A stretch of 64,000 nt of DNA from an uncultured Solirubrobacterales bacterium (GCA_963780395.1 CAWABY010000017.1:120625-184624), one strand, 5' to 3'; numbered from the stretch's first letter, positions 43,054 through 52,765 are shown. Numbers and translations: made by a program. Notes: generated by a model from the letters alone, not told the origin.

Positions 43054-44798
43054 GCGGGCTCGGGGTCCCGCCTCCGCTCCAGTTCGCGCCCGCGGGCGAC
43101 CAAGCCGCGCAAGCTCAGCCCGCCGCCTTCGCCGCCGGCCTCGCCGCGCGCCGCGACGATCGCGAGCCCCGTGCCGGCGAGCATGCAGGCGAGCAGGGCG
43201 AGGAGGCCGGGCAGCTGGCCTCCGGTGAACATGAACAGCAGGTCCAGGGCGACTTCGAGACCGGTGTCGAAGCGGCCGGCCAGCGCGGCGACGGCGGCCA
43301 GGGCGGGGATCAGGCCCGCCAGCACCAGGCCGGCCGCGGCCAGCCTGCCTGGCGCGACCCCGCCCGCGGCGAGCACCCACAGCTGCAGCCCCAGCGCGAC
43401 AAGCAGTCCCAGATACGGGTTGATCAGCCAGATGCCGAAGCCCGTCACCGCGGCCAGGGAGACGGCCGACGCGGGCGCCAGCGCGGCCAGCGAGGGCGGC
43501 GGCGGCAGCAGCGGGCGCAGCAGGAAGGCGCTGACCGCAAACGCCACGGCGGCGATCGCGACCGCGATCTTGCCGCCGAGGCCCAGGCCCTCGGCGCCCG
43601 GCAGGAAGGGGAACTCCGGGCTGGGCACGAGGCCGACCAGCGCCGCCAGGGCGAGCAGGACGAACACGAGCAGGAACGGGACGGCGCGCAGCGTCACCCA
43701 GCCGAGCGCCCGGACGGCCTCCATCGGGCTGCCGGCGGCTGCCGCGACGCCGCCGAACCCGACAACGGCCGGCGCCAGCAACAGCGCCAGCGCAAGCATC
43801 GCCAGGGTCCATCCAGGCAGCAGGTTGCCGGCCAGCCCGATGTAGGTTCCCGGACCGTGCTCGAGCGGCTCGCGGGCCGCGTCCACCGCGAGCATCAGCG
43901 ATAGCGCGGCGCGGCCGAAGCGGCCGAGGGTGACCGAGCTGACCTCGCCTTCCCCGTCAAGGCCGGGCGGGGGCGGCAGCTCGCCGGAGGACGAGAGCCG
44001 GACCGAGTCGAAGCCCATCTCGACCAGCGGCCCCTGCTCGCCGAGTGCGGAGGGGATCGCCAGCCGGAAGACGTCGGAGATCGGCCCCTCGTCGCCGGCG
44101 GGCTGCCCGGCCTCGGCGGCGATGGTCGCGGCGGCGGTCCGCGCCAGCCTGATGCTGGTGCTCTCGCTGCCGGTGGACCAGGGCAGCATCAGGGGCTGCT
44201 CGGGATCCGGCGCGGCGGGCTGGCTGAGCGCGATCACGGCGTCCAGCAGCCCGGCGTCCGAGTAGTCCTCGGCGAAGCGCCGGGCCCCGAGGGCGCCGAT
44301 GCTGCCCCCGTCCGAGGAGACGAAGACGAGCGTCTTCTCATGGGTTGACCCGGCGAAGGCCGAGGCGATCTCCAGCAGCGCGGCCGTCGAGGCGATGGTC
44401 GAGGCGGCGCCGGTGCCGGTGAGGACGTCGCGGTTGGCGATCACGGCGACCTGGCGCTCGGAGGGGCCGGGAAGGATGCCGATCAGGTTCCGCAGCTCGA
44501 CCTCCTCGTCTCCATCGGAGCCGCTGAACCGCTGCTCGGAGACCTCCATCGAGTTGATCTCCTTGAAGCGGGCCAGCACCGCCTCGGCCAGGGCCTCGTC
44601 TTGGTCCGAGCCCGGGCGCGGGCTGGGGTGGGCGCGCGCGAGGTCGCGCGCCAGCGAAGCGGCGGCCTCGGTTTCGAAGGCGTCGGGAGGCAGCCCCGGC
44701 TCGGCCGGCCGCGGGACCTCCTGCAGCGAGAACATAGCCACGACCAGTGCCAGCGGCACGGCGAGCAGCACGATTCTCCACAGGCGCAGGTCGATCAT
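42867..44798 (-). CDS. Membrane protein with degenerate M28 peptidase-like extracytoplasmic domain followed by polytopic C-terminal region
   Basis: ATG 44798 (MIDLRLWRIVLLAVPLALVV) lies within ORF 42867-44873. NLIGILPG...VAVIANRD...GAASTIASTAALLEIA follows the M28 fold pattern, but the usual His/Asp metal ligands are not evident. About 8 TM segments are followed by a poly-Glu tail. Confidence 0.5.
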   Translation of the reverse strand: MIDLRLWRIVLLAVPLALVVAMFSLQEVPRPAEPGLPPDAFETEAAASLARDLARAHPSPRPGSDQDEALAEAVLARFKEINSMEVSEQRFSGSDGDEEVELRNLIGILPGPSERQVAVIANRDVLTGTGAASTIASTAALLEIASAFAGSTHEKTLVFVSSDGGSIGALGARRFAEDYSDAGLLDAVIALSQPAAPDPEQPLMLPWSTGSESTSIRLARTAAATIAAEAGQPAGDEGPISDVFRLAIPSALGEQGPLVEMGFDSVRLSSSGELPPPPGLDGEGEVSSVTLGRFGRAALSLMLAVDAAREPLEHGPGTYIGLAGNLLPGWTLAMLALALLLAPAVVGFGGVAAAAGSPMEAVRALGWVTLRAVPFLLVFVLLALAALVGLVPSPEFPFLPGAEGLGLGGKIAVAIAAVAFAVSAFLLRPLLPPPPSLAALAPASAVSLAAVTGFGIWLINPYLGLLVALGLQLWVLAAGGVAPGRLAAAGLVLAGLIPALAAVAALAGRFDTGLEVALDLLFMFTGGQLPGLLALLACMLAGTGLAIVAARGEAGGEGGGLSLRGLVARGRELERRRDPEPAQEEEEEEEEAPPEEPARDPRMWSKPPASSSSPSKPRTAAPSPSRTWPISVMPGPSPSSART

Positions 44799-44815
44799 CG
44801 TCTTAAGCTTCCAGA

Positions 44816-45526
44816 ATGGCGCCCGGACAGGCGCGGATACTCCTCGTGGACGACGAGCAGGCCGTGCAGACACTTCTCACCTACCCCCTCCGCAAGGAAG
44901 GCTACGAGGTGGTCGGGGCGGTTGACGGACAGGAGGCGCTGGACCGCTTCGCCGAGCAGCGCTTTGACCTGGTCGTGCTCGACCTGATGCTGCCGAAGCT
45001 GGACGGGATCGAGGTCTGCCGCCGCCTGCGAACCCGCAGCCAGGTGCCGATCATCATGCTGACCGCGAAGGGCGACGAGGCGGACAAGGTCGCCGGCCTC
45101 GAGATGGGCGCCGACGACTACATCACCAAGCCGTTCTCGGTGCGGGAGTTCCGCAGCCGCGTCAAGGCCGCGCTGCGCCGCGGCAACATGGCGGGCCGCG
45201 GGCCCGCCGGCGAGGAGCCGATCCAGGCGGGCGAGCTGGAGATCGACTTCGAGCGGCGCGCGGTGCGGGTCCGCGCCGCCGACGTCCAGCTCACCTACGT
45301 CGAGTTCGAGATCGTGGCGGCTCTGGCCAGCGCCCCGGGCCGCGTCTTCAGCCGCGAGATGCTGCTCGAGCACGTCTGGGGAGATTCGACCTACCGCGAC
45401 CCTCGCACCGTGGACGTCCACATCCGCCACCTGCGCGAAAAGCTCGAGGCCGACGCCAAACATCCCGAGTACCTGTTCACGGTCCGGGGAGTCGGCTACC
45501 GCTTCCGCGACAGCGGCCGGGACTAG
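44816..45526 (+). CDS. OmpR/PhoB family response regulator (MprA/MtrA-like)
   Basis: ORF 44816-45526. ILLVDDE, the phospho-acceptor DLVVLDLMLP, ITKPF, and the winged-helix C-terminus VRGVGYRFR. Confidence 0.9.
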   Translation: MAPGQARILLVDDEQAVQTLLTYPLRKEGYEVVGAVDGQEALDRFAEQRFDLVVLDLMLPKLDGIEVCRRLRTRSQVPIIMLTAKGDEADKVAGLEMGADDYITKPFSVREFRSRVKAALRRGNMAGRGPAGEEPIQAGELEIDFERRAVRVRAADVQLTYVEFEIVAALASAPGRVFSREMLLEHVWGDSTYRDPRTVDVHIRHLREKLEADAKHPEYLFTVRGVGYRFRDSGRD

Positions 45527-45543
45527 CGGGGGCGGGCGGGGCC

Positions 45544-46995
45544 ATGAGGCTGAACCGGTTCGACAACCTCCGAAACCGGCTGGTGCTGCTGATCTTCGCG
45601 ATCACGGCCGCTGCGATCGGCTTCGTCTATCTCTACGTCGTGCCGCAGCTCGAGTCGAGCCTGACGGCCGAGAAGCTGCGCCGCCTCGAGCGCCTCGGGG
45701 GCGAGCAGGGGCCCCGCCTCGCCCGGGCGCTGCAGCAGGGCGACTCCGAGGCCCAGGTCCAGAACCTGGTGCGGATGATCTCGCAGGACACCGAGAGCCG
45801 CGTCACCCTGCTGGCGGTCGACGACCGGGCGGGCTCGGCCGGAGCGGAGTTCGTGCTCGCCGACTCCGAGGGTGAGCCGACCGCGATCCAGGGCAGCTAC
45901 CTGGCGGCAGAGGCGGCGGTCGAGTCGGGCAGCACCCGCTCCGGGGTCGAGCGGGTGGCGGGGGAGCGGGTCGGCACCTCGGCGGTCCCGATCGGCGCCG
46001 GTGGCGACGCGGAATGGGTCGCGGTCCTCTCCAGCCCGCTCGACGACGTCGAGGACAACGTGGCGCTGATCCGGCGCCAGATCCTGATCGCGGGTGCGAT
46101 CGCGCTGGCGGCGGCCTCGCTGGCGGGCTTCTGGGCCGCTGGCGCCGTCTCGCGCCGGTTGCGCCGGCTGCGCCGCGCGGCCGAGCAGGTCGCCGACGGA
46201 GACTTCAACCACCCGATCCCGATCGAGTCCTCGGACGAGCTGGGGCAGCTCGCGCGCAGCTTCAACGAGATGCAGCGCCGACTGGAGCGCCTGGACAGCG
46301 CCCGCAAGGAGTTCATCGCCAACGCCTCGCACGAGCTGCGCACGCCGATCTTCTCGCTGGGCGGGTTCGTGGAGCTGCTGGAGACCGATAACCCCAACGC
46401 CAAGGAGCGCAAGGAGTTCATGGCGGAGATGCGCGGCCAGGTCGAGCGGCTGCAGAAGCTGACCGCCGACCTGCTGGACCTCTCCAAGCTCGACGCCGAC
46501 GCGATGGAGATCAGCCGCCAGCCGGTCGACCTGAAGCAGGTCGCCCGCGAGGTGACCGGCGAGTTCCGGCGCGCCGCCAGGCACCATCGTACGAAGCTGC
46601 AGGTGCGCGGCCGTGGGGCGGCCGTGGCGCTGGCCGACCCTGATCGGGTCGGTCAGATCATCCGTATCCTGCTCGACAATGCGCTCACGCACACGCCAGA
46701 GGGGACGGTGGTGACGGTCACCGCCGTTCGCGGCGACGCCGCCGCGGAGCTGATCGTCGGCGACGACGGCCGCGGGATCGAGCCCCGCGCCGTCGAGCGC
46801 GTCTTCGACCGCTTCTACACCGGCGATACCGCCTCGGGCTCCGGGCTCGGTCTGGCGATCGCCGCCGAGCTCGCGACCCTGATGGAGGGACAGCTCGAGG
46901 TGGTCAGCCAGCGCGGATTCACCGCCTTCACGCTGACGCTGCCGCTGGCCGAGCGGCCTCGCCGCAGCCTCGAGCCCGTAGAGGCGGCGGCGTGA
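45544..46995 (+). CDS. Sensor histidine kinase (2 TM, HAMP, HisKA, HATPase_c; MprB-like)
   Basis: ORF 45544-46995. H-box FIANASHELRTP, N-box LLDNALTHTP, G-boxes GDDGRGIE and GSGLGLAI. Confidence 0.9.
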   Translation: MRLNRFDNLRNRLVLLIFAITAAAIGFVYLYVVPQLESSLTAEKLRRLERLGGEQGPRLARALQQGDSEAQVQNLVRMISQDTESRVTLLAVDDRAGSAGAEFVLADSEGEPTAIQGSYLAAEAAVESGSTRSGVERVAGERVGTSAVPIGAGGDAEWVAVLSSPLDDVEDNVALIRRQILIAGAIALAAASLAGFWAAGAVSRRLRRLRRAAEQVADGDFNHPIPIESSDELGQLARSFNEMQRRLERLDSARKEFIANASHELRTPIFSLGGFVELLETDNPNAKERKEFMAEMRGQVERLQKLTADLLDLSKLDADAMEISRQPVDLKQVAREVTGEFRRAARHHRTKLQVRGRGAAVALADPDRVGQIIRILLDNALTHTPEGTVVTVTAVRGDAAAELIVGDDGRGIEPRAVERVFDRFYTGDTASGSGLGLAIAAELATLMEGQLEVVSQRGFTAFTLTLPLAERPRRSLEPVEAAA

Positions 46996-47023
46996 GCCGC
47001 CGCCTCATCCTGGGGCCGACCGC

Positions 47024-48217
47024 GTGAGAGCGCCCAAGCGGCTCACCGGCGCGGCCCTCGCCGCGGCCGCCGCGCTGGCGCTCGTCGCCTGCGGCGGGGA
47101 CGACGACGACTCCTCGGGGTCCTCGTCGGACGCGGGTACCACCACCGAGCAGGTGATCGTCCAGGGGGGCAACGGCGACTTCAACCCGGCCCAGGTCTAC
47201 GAGAAGGCGGCGCCTGGCGTGGTCACGGTCCTCTCGATCTTCGAGGGTGGCGGAGCGGGGGCGCTCGGCGGGGGCGCGGGCCAGGGCTCGGGCTTCGTCA
47301 TCTCCGACGAGGGCGAGATCCTGACCAACGCGCACGTGATCGCCAGCGGCGGCCAGGGCAACGGCGGCGGCCCCCTGAAGCCGGCGAGGTCGGTCTTCGT
47401 GGAGTTCAGCGACCGCAACCGGGTCGCGGCCGAGATCGTCGGCTTCGACCCCGACGCCGACGTGGCGCTGATCAAGGTCAATCCCGACGACCTGGTCGGC
47501 GCCGAGGACCTGACGCAGCTCCAGGTCAGCGAGCGGGATGAATACGGGGTGGGCGAGCACGTGGCGGCGATCGGCAGCCCCTTCGGCGAGCAGCAGTCGC
47601 TGTCGACCGGGATCGTCTCGGCCACCGACCGCTCGATCCAGTCCCTCAGCGACTTCGCGATCGACAACGCGATCCAGACCGACGCCTCGATCAACCCCGG
47701 CAACTCCGGCGGTCCCCTGCTGGACGCCGAGGGCAAGGTGATCGGCATCAACCAGCAGATCGAGACCGCTTCGGGGACCAACTCCGGGGTCGGCTTCGCG
47801 ATCCCGGCCAGCGCCATCCGCTTCTCGCTCGACCAGCTGCGCGAGGACGGGGACGTGGACTACGCCTACCTGGGCGTGACCACGCAGTCACTTTGGCCCC
47901 AGCTGGCCGAGGAGCTCGACCTGGACGTCGAGAAGGGCGCCCTGATCTCGCGGGTGGTCGATGGCGGCCCGGCCGACGACGCGGGCCTGGAGGGCTCGAG
48001 CGACCAGCAGACCTTCCAGGGGGCCCCGGTCGAGACCGGCGGCGACGTGATCGTCGCCGTGGACGGCCAGGAGCTGCAGGCCGAGAGCGACCTGGCCGAA
48101 CTGGTCAGCCGCCAGCGCCCGGGGCAGACCGTGACCCTGGAGGTCCTGCGCGACGGGGAGCGACAGGAGGTCGAGGTCGAGCTGGAGCCGCGGCCCGAGA
48201 GCGTCCCGGCGCCCTGA
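47024..48217 (+). CDS. S1C (HtrA/DegP/PepD-like) serine protease with PDZ domain
   Basis: ORF 47024-48217 has a lipoprotein-like signal (LALVAC). The catalytic triad context is TNAHVI, DVALIKV and GNSGGPLLD. A C-terminal PDZ domain is present. Confidence 0.9.
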   Translation: MRAPKRLTGAALAAAAALALVACGGDDDDSSGSSSDAGTTTEQVIVQGGNGDFNPAQVYEKAAPGVVTVLSIFEGGGAGALGGGAGQGSGFVISDEGEILTNAHVIASGGQGNGGGPLKPARSVFVEFSDRNRVAAEIVGFDPDADVALIKVNPDDLVGAEDLTQLQVSERDEYGVGEHVAAIGSPFGEQQSLSTGIVSATDRSIQSLSDFAIDNAIQTDASINPGNSGGPLLDAEGKVIGINQQIETASGTNSGVGFAIPASAIRFSLDQLREDGDVDYAYLGVTTQSLWPQLAEELDLDVEKGALISRVVDGGPADDAGLEGSSDQQTFQGAPVETGGDVIVAVDGQELQAESDLAELVSRQRPGQTVTLEVLRDGERQEVEVELEPRPESVPAP

Positions 48218-48261
48218 TCCGGGACCTCTGCACCGAGCTGGCGGAGGCGCTGCGAGGGGAA

Positions 48262-49134
48262 GTGCTGCCCCACCTGGGAGCCCACGCCGCCCGCGAGCAT
48301 TCCGGCGAGGCCGAGGGCGGTGACGTCACCTTCGCGATCGACGAGCGCGCCGAGGCGCGCATGGAGGAGTTCCTGGCCGAGCGGGCGCCCAACGTCGCCT
48401 TCTACTCGGAGGACCGCGGCATGGTCTCGCCGGCGGGGGGCGAGGCCGAGTGGGTGCTGGTGGTGGACCCGATCGACGGCACCCGCCCGGCGCTGGCCGG
48501 GTTCGAGTCCTCGTGCGTCTCGGTGGCGGCGGCGCCGCTGGACGGCGAGCCGCGCATGGCCGACGTCAGCGTCGGAGTCGTCGTCGAGCTCAAGAGCGGC
48601 CGGGCCTTTGTGGCCGAGCGCGGGGCCGGTGTGACTCCCGAGCCGGTGCTCTCCCAGAACGCGGCGATCGAGCGCATGTTCTGGGTCTATGGCCTGCGCG
48701 GCCGCCCCGCCCGCGGCCTGGTCGAGGTGCTGGCCGAGCTGATCGACGCCTCCTCGGTCGGGGGCGCCAGCTTCGACCTTGGCTCGGCCACCTATGACAT
48801 GACCCGCGTCATCACCGGCCAGCTCGACGCCTACATCGAGCCGGGGCCGCGGATGATCGAGGACGTGCCGGGGATGCGGGCGGAGTTCGAGCGGGTCGGG
48901 GGCGGAGCGGTCCTCAACAACTCGCCCTATGACCTCGCGGCCGCGACGCTGTGCCTGCAGGAAGCGGGCGCGATCGTCACCGACGCCTACGGGCGGGGGA
49001 TCGGCGACCGGCCCCTGCTGGGCTCAAGCCACGAGTTCCAGATCTCGTGCCTGGCGGTCGCGAACGCGGAGCTGCATTCGAAGATCTGCGCGGCGATCGA
49101 CGCCGGCATCGAGCGGCTCGCCGCGCAGGGCTAG
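48262..49134 (+). CDS. Inositol monophosphatase (IMPase/FIG) family phosphatase; true start probably upstream (~48214) but no canonical start codon is there
   Basis: This is the 3' part of ORF 47893-49134. It carries the metal-binding motifs FYSEDRG and VVDPIDGTRP. The helix LIRDLCTELAEALRG is encoded in frame just upstream of the first canonical start, GTG 48262. Confidence 0.7.
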   Translation: MLPHLGAHAAREHSGEAEGGDVTFAIDERAEARMEEFLAERAPNVAFYSEDRGMVSPAGGEAEWVLVVDPIDGTRPALAGFESSCVSVAAAPLDGEPRMADVSVGVVVELKSGRAFVAERGAGVTPEPVLSQNAAIERMFWVYGLRGRPARGLVEVLAELIDASSVGGASFDLGSATYDMTRVITGQLDAYIEPGPRMIEDVPGMRAEFERVGGGAVLNNSPYDLAAATLCLQEAGAIVTDAYGRGIGDRPLLGSSHEFQISCLAVANAELHSKICAAIDAGIERLAAQG

Positions 49135-49208
49135 CTGCCAACCGGCGCAAGGGCGCGCCGCCGCTGTAGCTTTCTGCGCTTGAGCAAGCGACCGACCGAG
49201 GGGACAGC

Positions 49209-50447
49209 GTGCTTCAGGAGGTGATGCTGGGGCACAAGTCCCTGGCCGACTACACGCACCTATCCGGACGCGGCGTCGTGGACGAGATCCGCGAGCTGGC
49301 CTCGCCCCTGGAGGGCAAGCGCGTGCTGCACGTCAGCGCCACCGCGTTCGGCGGCGGCGTCTCGGAGATCCTCTACACGCTGGTGCCGCTGATGCGGGAC
49401 GTCGGCCTGGACGTCTCATGGCAGATCATCATGGGGCGCGAGGAGTTCTTCAACGCGACCAAGCTGCTCCACAACTCGCTGCAGGGCGACCCGAACACGC
49501 TCAGCCCCAACCAGTGGGAGCTGTTCGACCACTACAACAAGATGAACGCCGACAGCCTCGAGGGCGAGTGGGACTACGTGATCGTTCACGACCCCCAGCC
49601 CGTCGGCATGATGCGGGGCGCGAAGAAGCACGGCAAGCACTGGATCTGGCGCTGCCACATCGACCTCTCCGAGCCCAACCCCGATCCGATCGAGCGCCTG
49701 CAGCCGCTGATCAGCGAGTACGACGCCAGCGTCTGGCACATGGAGCAGTACGTGCCGGCCGGGCTCAACGGCCACGGCGGGGTCCAGATCGTGCCGCCCG
49801 CGATCGACCCGCTGTCGCCGAAGAATATGGCGCTTTCGGCCGACGACGCCTCCTACGTCTGCGACCAGTTCGGGATCGACGTGGACCGCCCGCTGCTGAC
49901 CCAGGTCAGCCGCTTCGACCCCTGGAAGGACCCGATGGGGGTGATCGACGCCTACCGGATCGCGACCAAGGAGGTTCCCGAGCTGCAGTTGGCGCTGGTC
50001 GGCTCGATGGCCACCGACGACCCCGAGGGCTGGGAGTTCTTCCAGCACACCTACGAGTACGCCGAGAACGACCCCGACATCAAGATCCTCAACAACCTCA
50101 ACAACGTAGGCGCGATCGAGGTCAACGCCTTTCAGTCGCAGTCCGACGTGCTGATGCAGAAGTCCATCCGCGAGGGCTTCGGGCTGACCGTGACCGAGGG
50201 GCTGTGGAAGGGGCGGCCGACCGTCGCCGGCGACGTCGGCGGCATCCCGCTGCAGATCGTGGACGGGGAGAGCGGCTTCCTCGTCTCCAACCCCGAGCAG
50301 GCGGCCCAGCGCACGGTCGAGATCCTTGAGGACCCGGGCCTCGGCAAGTACCTGGGCCGCGCGGGCAAGGAGCGCGCGCGCGAGCGCTTCCTGACCCCAC
50401 GCCTGCTGCTGGACTGGATGCGCATTTTCACCTCCCTGCAGGACTAG
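49209..50447 (+). CDS. GT4 glycosyltransferase resembling trehalose glycosyltransferring synthase (TreT)
   Basis: ORF 49209-50447. RVLHVSATAFGGGVSEILYTLVPLMRDVGLDVSWQIIMGREEFFNATKLLHNSLQG closely follows my recollection of the TreT N-terminal signature. A GT-B C-terminal E-x7-E region (EGFGLTVTEGLWKG) is present. Confidence 0.7.
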   Translation: MLQEVMLGHKSLADYTHLSGRGVVDEIRELASPLEGKRVLHVSATAFGGGVSEILYTLVPLMRDVGLDVSWQIIMGREEFFNATKLLHNSLQGDPNTLSPNQWELFDHYNKMNADSLEGEWDYVIVHDPQPVGMMRGAKKHGKHWIWRCHIDLSEPNPDPIERLQPLISEYDASVWHMEQYVPAGLNGHGGVQIVPPAIDPLSPKNMALSADDASYVCDQFGIDVDRPLLTQVSRFDPWKDPMGVIDAYRIATKEVPELQLALVGSMATDDPEGWEFFQHTYEYAENDPDIKILNNLNNVGAIEVNAFQSQSDVLMQKSIREGFGLTVTEGLWKGRPTVAGDVGGIPLQIVDGESGFLVSNPEQAAQRTVEILEDPGLGKYLGRAGKERARERFLTPRLLLDWMRIFTSLQD

Positions 50448-50484
50448 ACACCTCGCTCCCGGACCCGCCTGCTACAACAGCCGG

Positions 50485-51960
50485 GTGGCCGCTGAACGAC
50501 CGCTGACGATCGTCTCCAACCGCGGCCCGGCCGAGTTCGGGCGCGACGATTCGGGGGAGATCGCCGTCAAGCGCGGCGGCGGCGGCCTGGTGACCGCGCT
50601 CAGCGGCTTGACCAGCCACCGCAAGGCGCTCTGGATCGCGTCGGCGATGACCGAGGAGGACAACGAGATCGCGGCCAGCTCGGGCGGGGATGCCGTGGAG
50701 ATCGAGCTCGACGGCGCTTCGTACGACGTCTGCATGGTCGCCAGCGACCCCGAGGCCTACGACCGCTTCTACAACGTGATCGCCAACCCGATCCTGTGGT
50801 TCATCCAGCACTACCTCTGGGACCTCTCCAACGCCCCCGACATCCGCCGCACCGAGGTCGAGGCCTGGGAGGACGGCTACAAGGTGGTGAACGCCGACAT
50901 CGCCGCGGCGGTGCTGCGCAGCATCGAGGGCCAAAGCGAGCCAGTGGTGATGATGCACGACTACCACCTCTACACCTGCCCCGGCCTGATCCGGGCCGCC
51001 CGCCCCGACGCCTTCCTGCAGTACTTCGTCCACATCCCCTGGTCGCAGCCGGACTCGTGGCGGATCCTGCCCAATCGCTGGCGCGAGGAGATCTACCGCA
51101 GCATGCTGGCCAACGACATCATCGGCTTCCACACCCAGGCCTACTGCCGCAACTTCCTGCAGTGCTGCCGCGAGCTGCTGGAGCTGGAGACCGACTACGA
51201 GCGCGGCGCCGTCAGCTACGACGGCCGCGAGGTCTGGGTGCGGGCCTACCCGCTCTCGATCGACGCCGACCGGCTCTTCCGCGCCTCGGAGTCAGAGGAG
51301 GTGGCGGAGTACGAACGCGAGCTGCTGCGGCGCCGCCGCGACCACCTGATCATCCGCGTCGACCGCGCCGACCTCTCCAAGAACGTGCTGCGCGGCTTCA
51401 CCGCCTTCGACACCTTCCTCGACCAACACCCCGAGTTCCGCGAGAAGGTCACCTTCATCGCCCACCTGCAGCCCTCGCGGCTGGACGTGCCCGAGTACGC
51501 CGAGTACATGGAGCGGATCGAGGCGCTGGTCGCGGTCGTCAACCACCGCCACGGCACCACCGACTGGATGCCGATCGACCTGCGGATCTACGAGAACTTC
51601 CCCGAGGCAGTCGCCCGCTACCGCCAGTTCGACCTGCTGATGGTCAACTCGCTCTTCGACGGCATGAACCTGGTCGCCAAGGAGGCGCCGGCCGTGAACA
51701 CCCGCGACGGCGTCGTCATGCTGTCCGAGAACACCGGCGCGCACGAGGAGCTGGGTGACTGCACCCTCTCGGTCAACCCCTTCGACATCCAGGAGCAGGC
51801 CGACACGATCCACCGCGCCCTGACCATGGACCCCGAGGAGAAGGCGTTGCGCTCCGCGCGCCTGAAGCAGATCATCTCCGAGCGCGACCCCGGCGACTGG
51901 ATCGACGAGCAGCTCGCCGACATCGCGGCGAAGACGGGCGAGCAGCAGACCGTCTCCTAG
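50485..51960 (+). CDS. otsA: Alpha,alpha-trehalose-phosphate synthase (GT20, OtsA)
   Basis: ORF 50485-51960. IVSNRGP, GGGLVTALSGL, HDYHL and LMVNSLFDGMNLVAKE are GT20 motifs. Confidence 0.85.
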   Translation: MAAERPLTIVSNRGPAEFGRDDSGEIAVKRGGGGLVTALSGLTSHRKALWIASAMTEEDNEIAASSGGDAVEIELDGASYDVCMVASDPEAYDRFYNVIANPILWFIQHYLWDLSNAPDIRRTEVEAWEDGYKVVNADIAAAVLRSIEGQSEPVVMMHDYHLYTCPGLIRAARPDAFLQYFVHIPWSQPDSWRILPNRWREEIYRSMLANDIIGFHTQAYCRNFLQCCRELLELETDYERGAVSYDGREVWVRAYPLSIDADRLFRASESEEVAEYERELLRRRRDHLIIRVDRADLSKNVLRGFTAFDTFLDQHPEFREKVTFIAHLQPSRLDVPEYAEYMERIEALVAVVNHRHGTTDWMPIDLRIYENFPEAVARYRQFDLLMVNSLFDGMNLVAKEAPAVNTRDGVVMLSENTGAHEELGDCTLSVNPFDIQEQADTIHRALTMDPEEKALRSARLKQIISERDPGDWIDEQLADIAAKTGEQQTVS

Positions 51961-51980
51961 CGTCGCTCGCTTGGGCCCCG

Positions 51981-52706
51981 TTAGGGCGCGAGGCGCTCGA
52001 GTACCTCGCCGTCGGGAGCGACCGCCACGACGGTGGGCACGATCGCGATCCCGTACTTCTTGGCCAGGTCGGGCTGGTCGCGGACATCCACCTTGAGCAG
52101 CGGGTCACCCGTTAGCAGCAAGCGCTGCTCCCAATCCTGGCACTCCGAGCAGAGCGGATGCGTGAACTCGACGAAGCTGCGCGGGGCACCCTCGAGGCCG
52201 GGGAGATCGGAGGGATCGACGCGGTCGTGATGCGTGCGGGAGATCCCACGCAGTTTGGCCGTCAACTTGTAGATCTCGCAGCCCGCGCAGAACCCCGTAC
52301 TCGCCGAGATCAGGGCGAGGAATGCGACCAGGCTGGCGATCGCGGTCCCCGCCGCCGGCAGGCCAAGCCACCACAGGAGTGCAGCCGAACCAAGGAAGAC
52401 GGTGCCCATCATGTTCGCCAGGCGCGGTGGTCGGGAGTCCTCCAGGGGCCCCTCGCCGAAGCGCGACTGCAGCAGGGTGAAGTAAGCGACGCAGGGGATG
52501 CACCAGCGCCGCCCGAGGGTCAGCCCGATGAAGAGCTGGGCGGACATCAGCGCCCAGGCGAGCGGCCATCCGAGCAGGGCTCCGAGGAGGGCCACCACCC
52601 CGGTCGTCGCCTGTCCGAAGCGGGCGGCGTGTTCGTCGATCACGTCAGTGTCGTTCCAGGGATCGGCGCTGCGCGGCGGGGTCGCGGCTGGGGTCTTGGT
52701 GGTCAC
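51981..52706 (-). CDS. DUF4395 membrane domain fused to a thioredoxin-fold C-terminal domain (CxxC)
   Basis: GTG 52706 lies within chimeric ORF 51981-54725. The four-TM region ends STGFCAGCEIYKL, the DUF4395 hallmark GFCxGCExY. The tail FVEFTHPLCSECQDWEQ...YGIAIVPTVV is thioredoxin-like. Confidence 0.7.
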   Translation of the reverse strand: MTTKTPAATPPRSADPWNDTDVIDEHAARFGQATTGVVALLGALLGWPLAWALMSAQLFIGLTLGRRWCIPCVAYFTLLQSRFGEGPLEDSRPPRLANMMGTVFLGSAALLWWLGLPAAGTAIASLVAFLALISASTGFCAGCEIYKLTAKLRGISRTHHDRVDPSDLPGLEGAPRSFVEFTHPLCSECQDWEQRLLLTGDPLLKVDVRDQPDLAKKYGIAIVPTVVAVAPDGEVLERLAP

Positions 52707-52765
52707 ACCATCAATGGTGGCAAGTCTGATCAGGCGGAAGCGCTGCCTGCCAGCACTTGGAGGTC

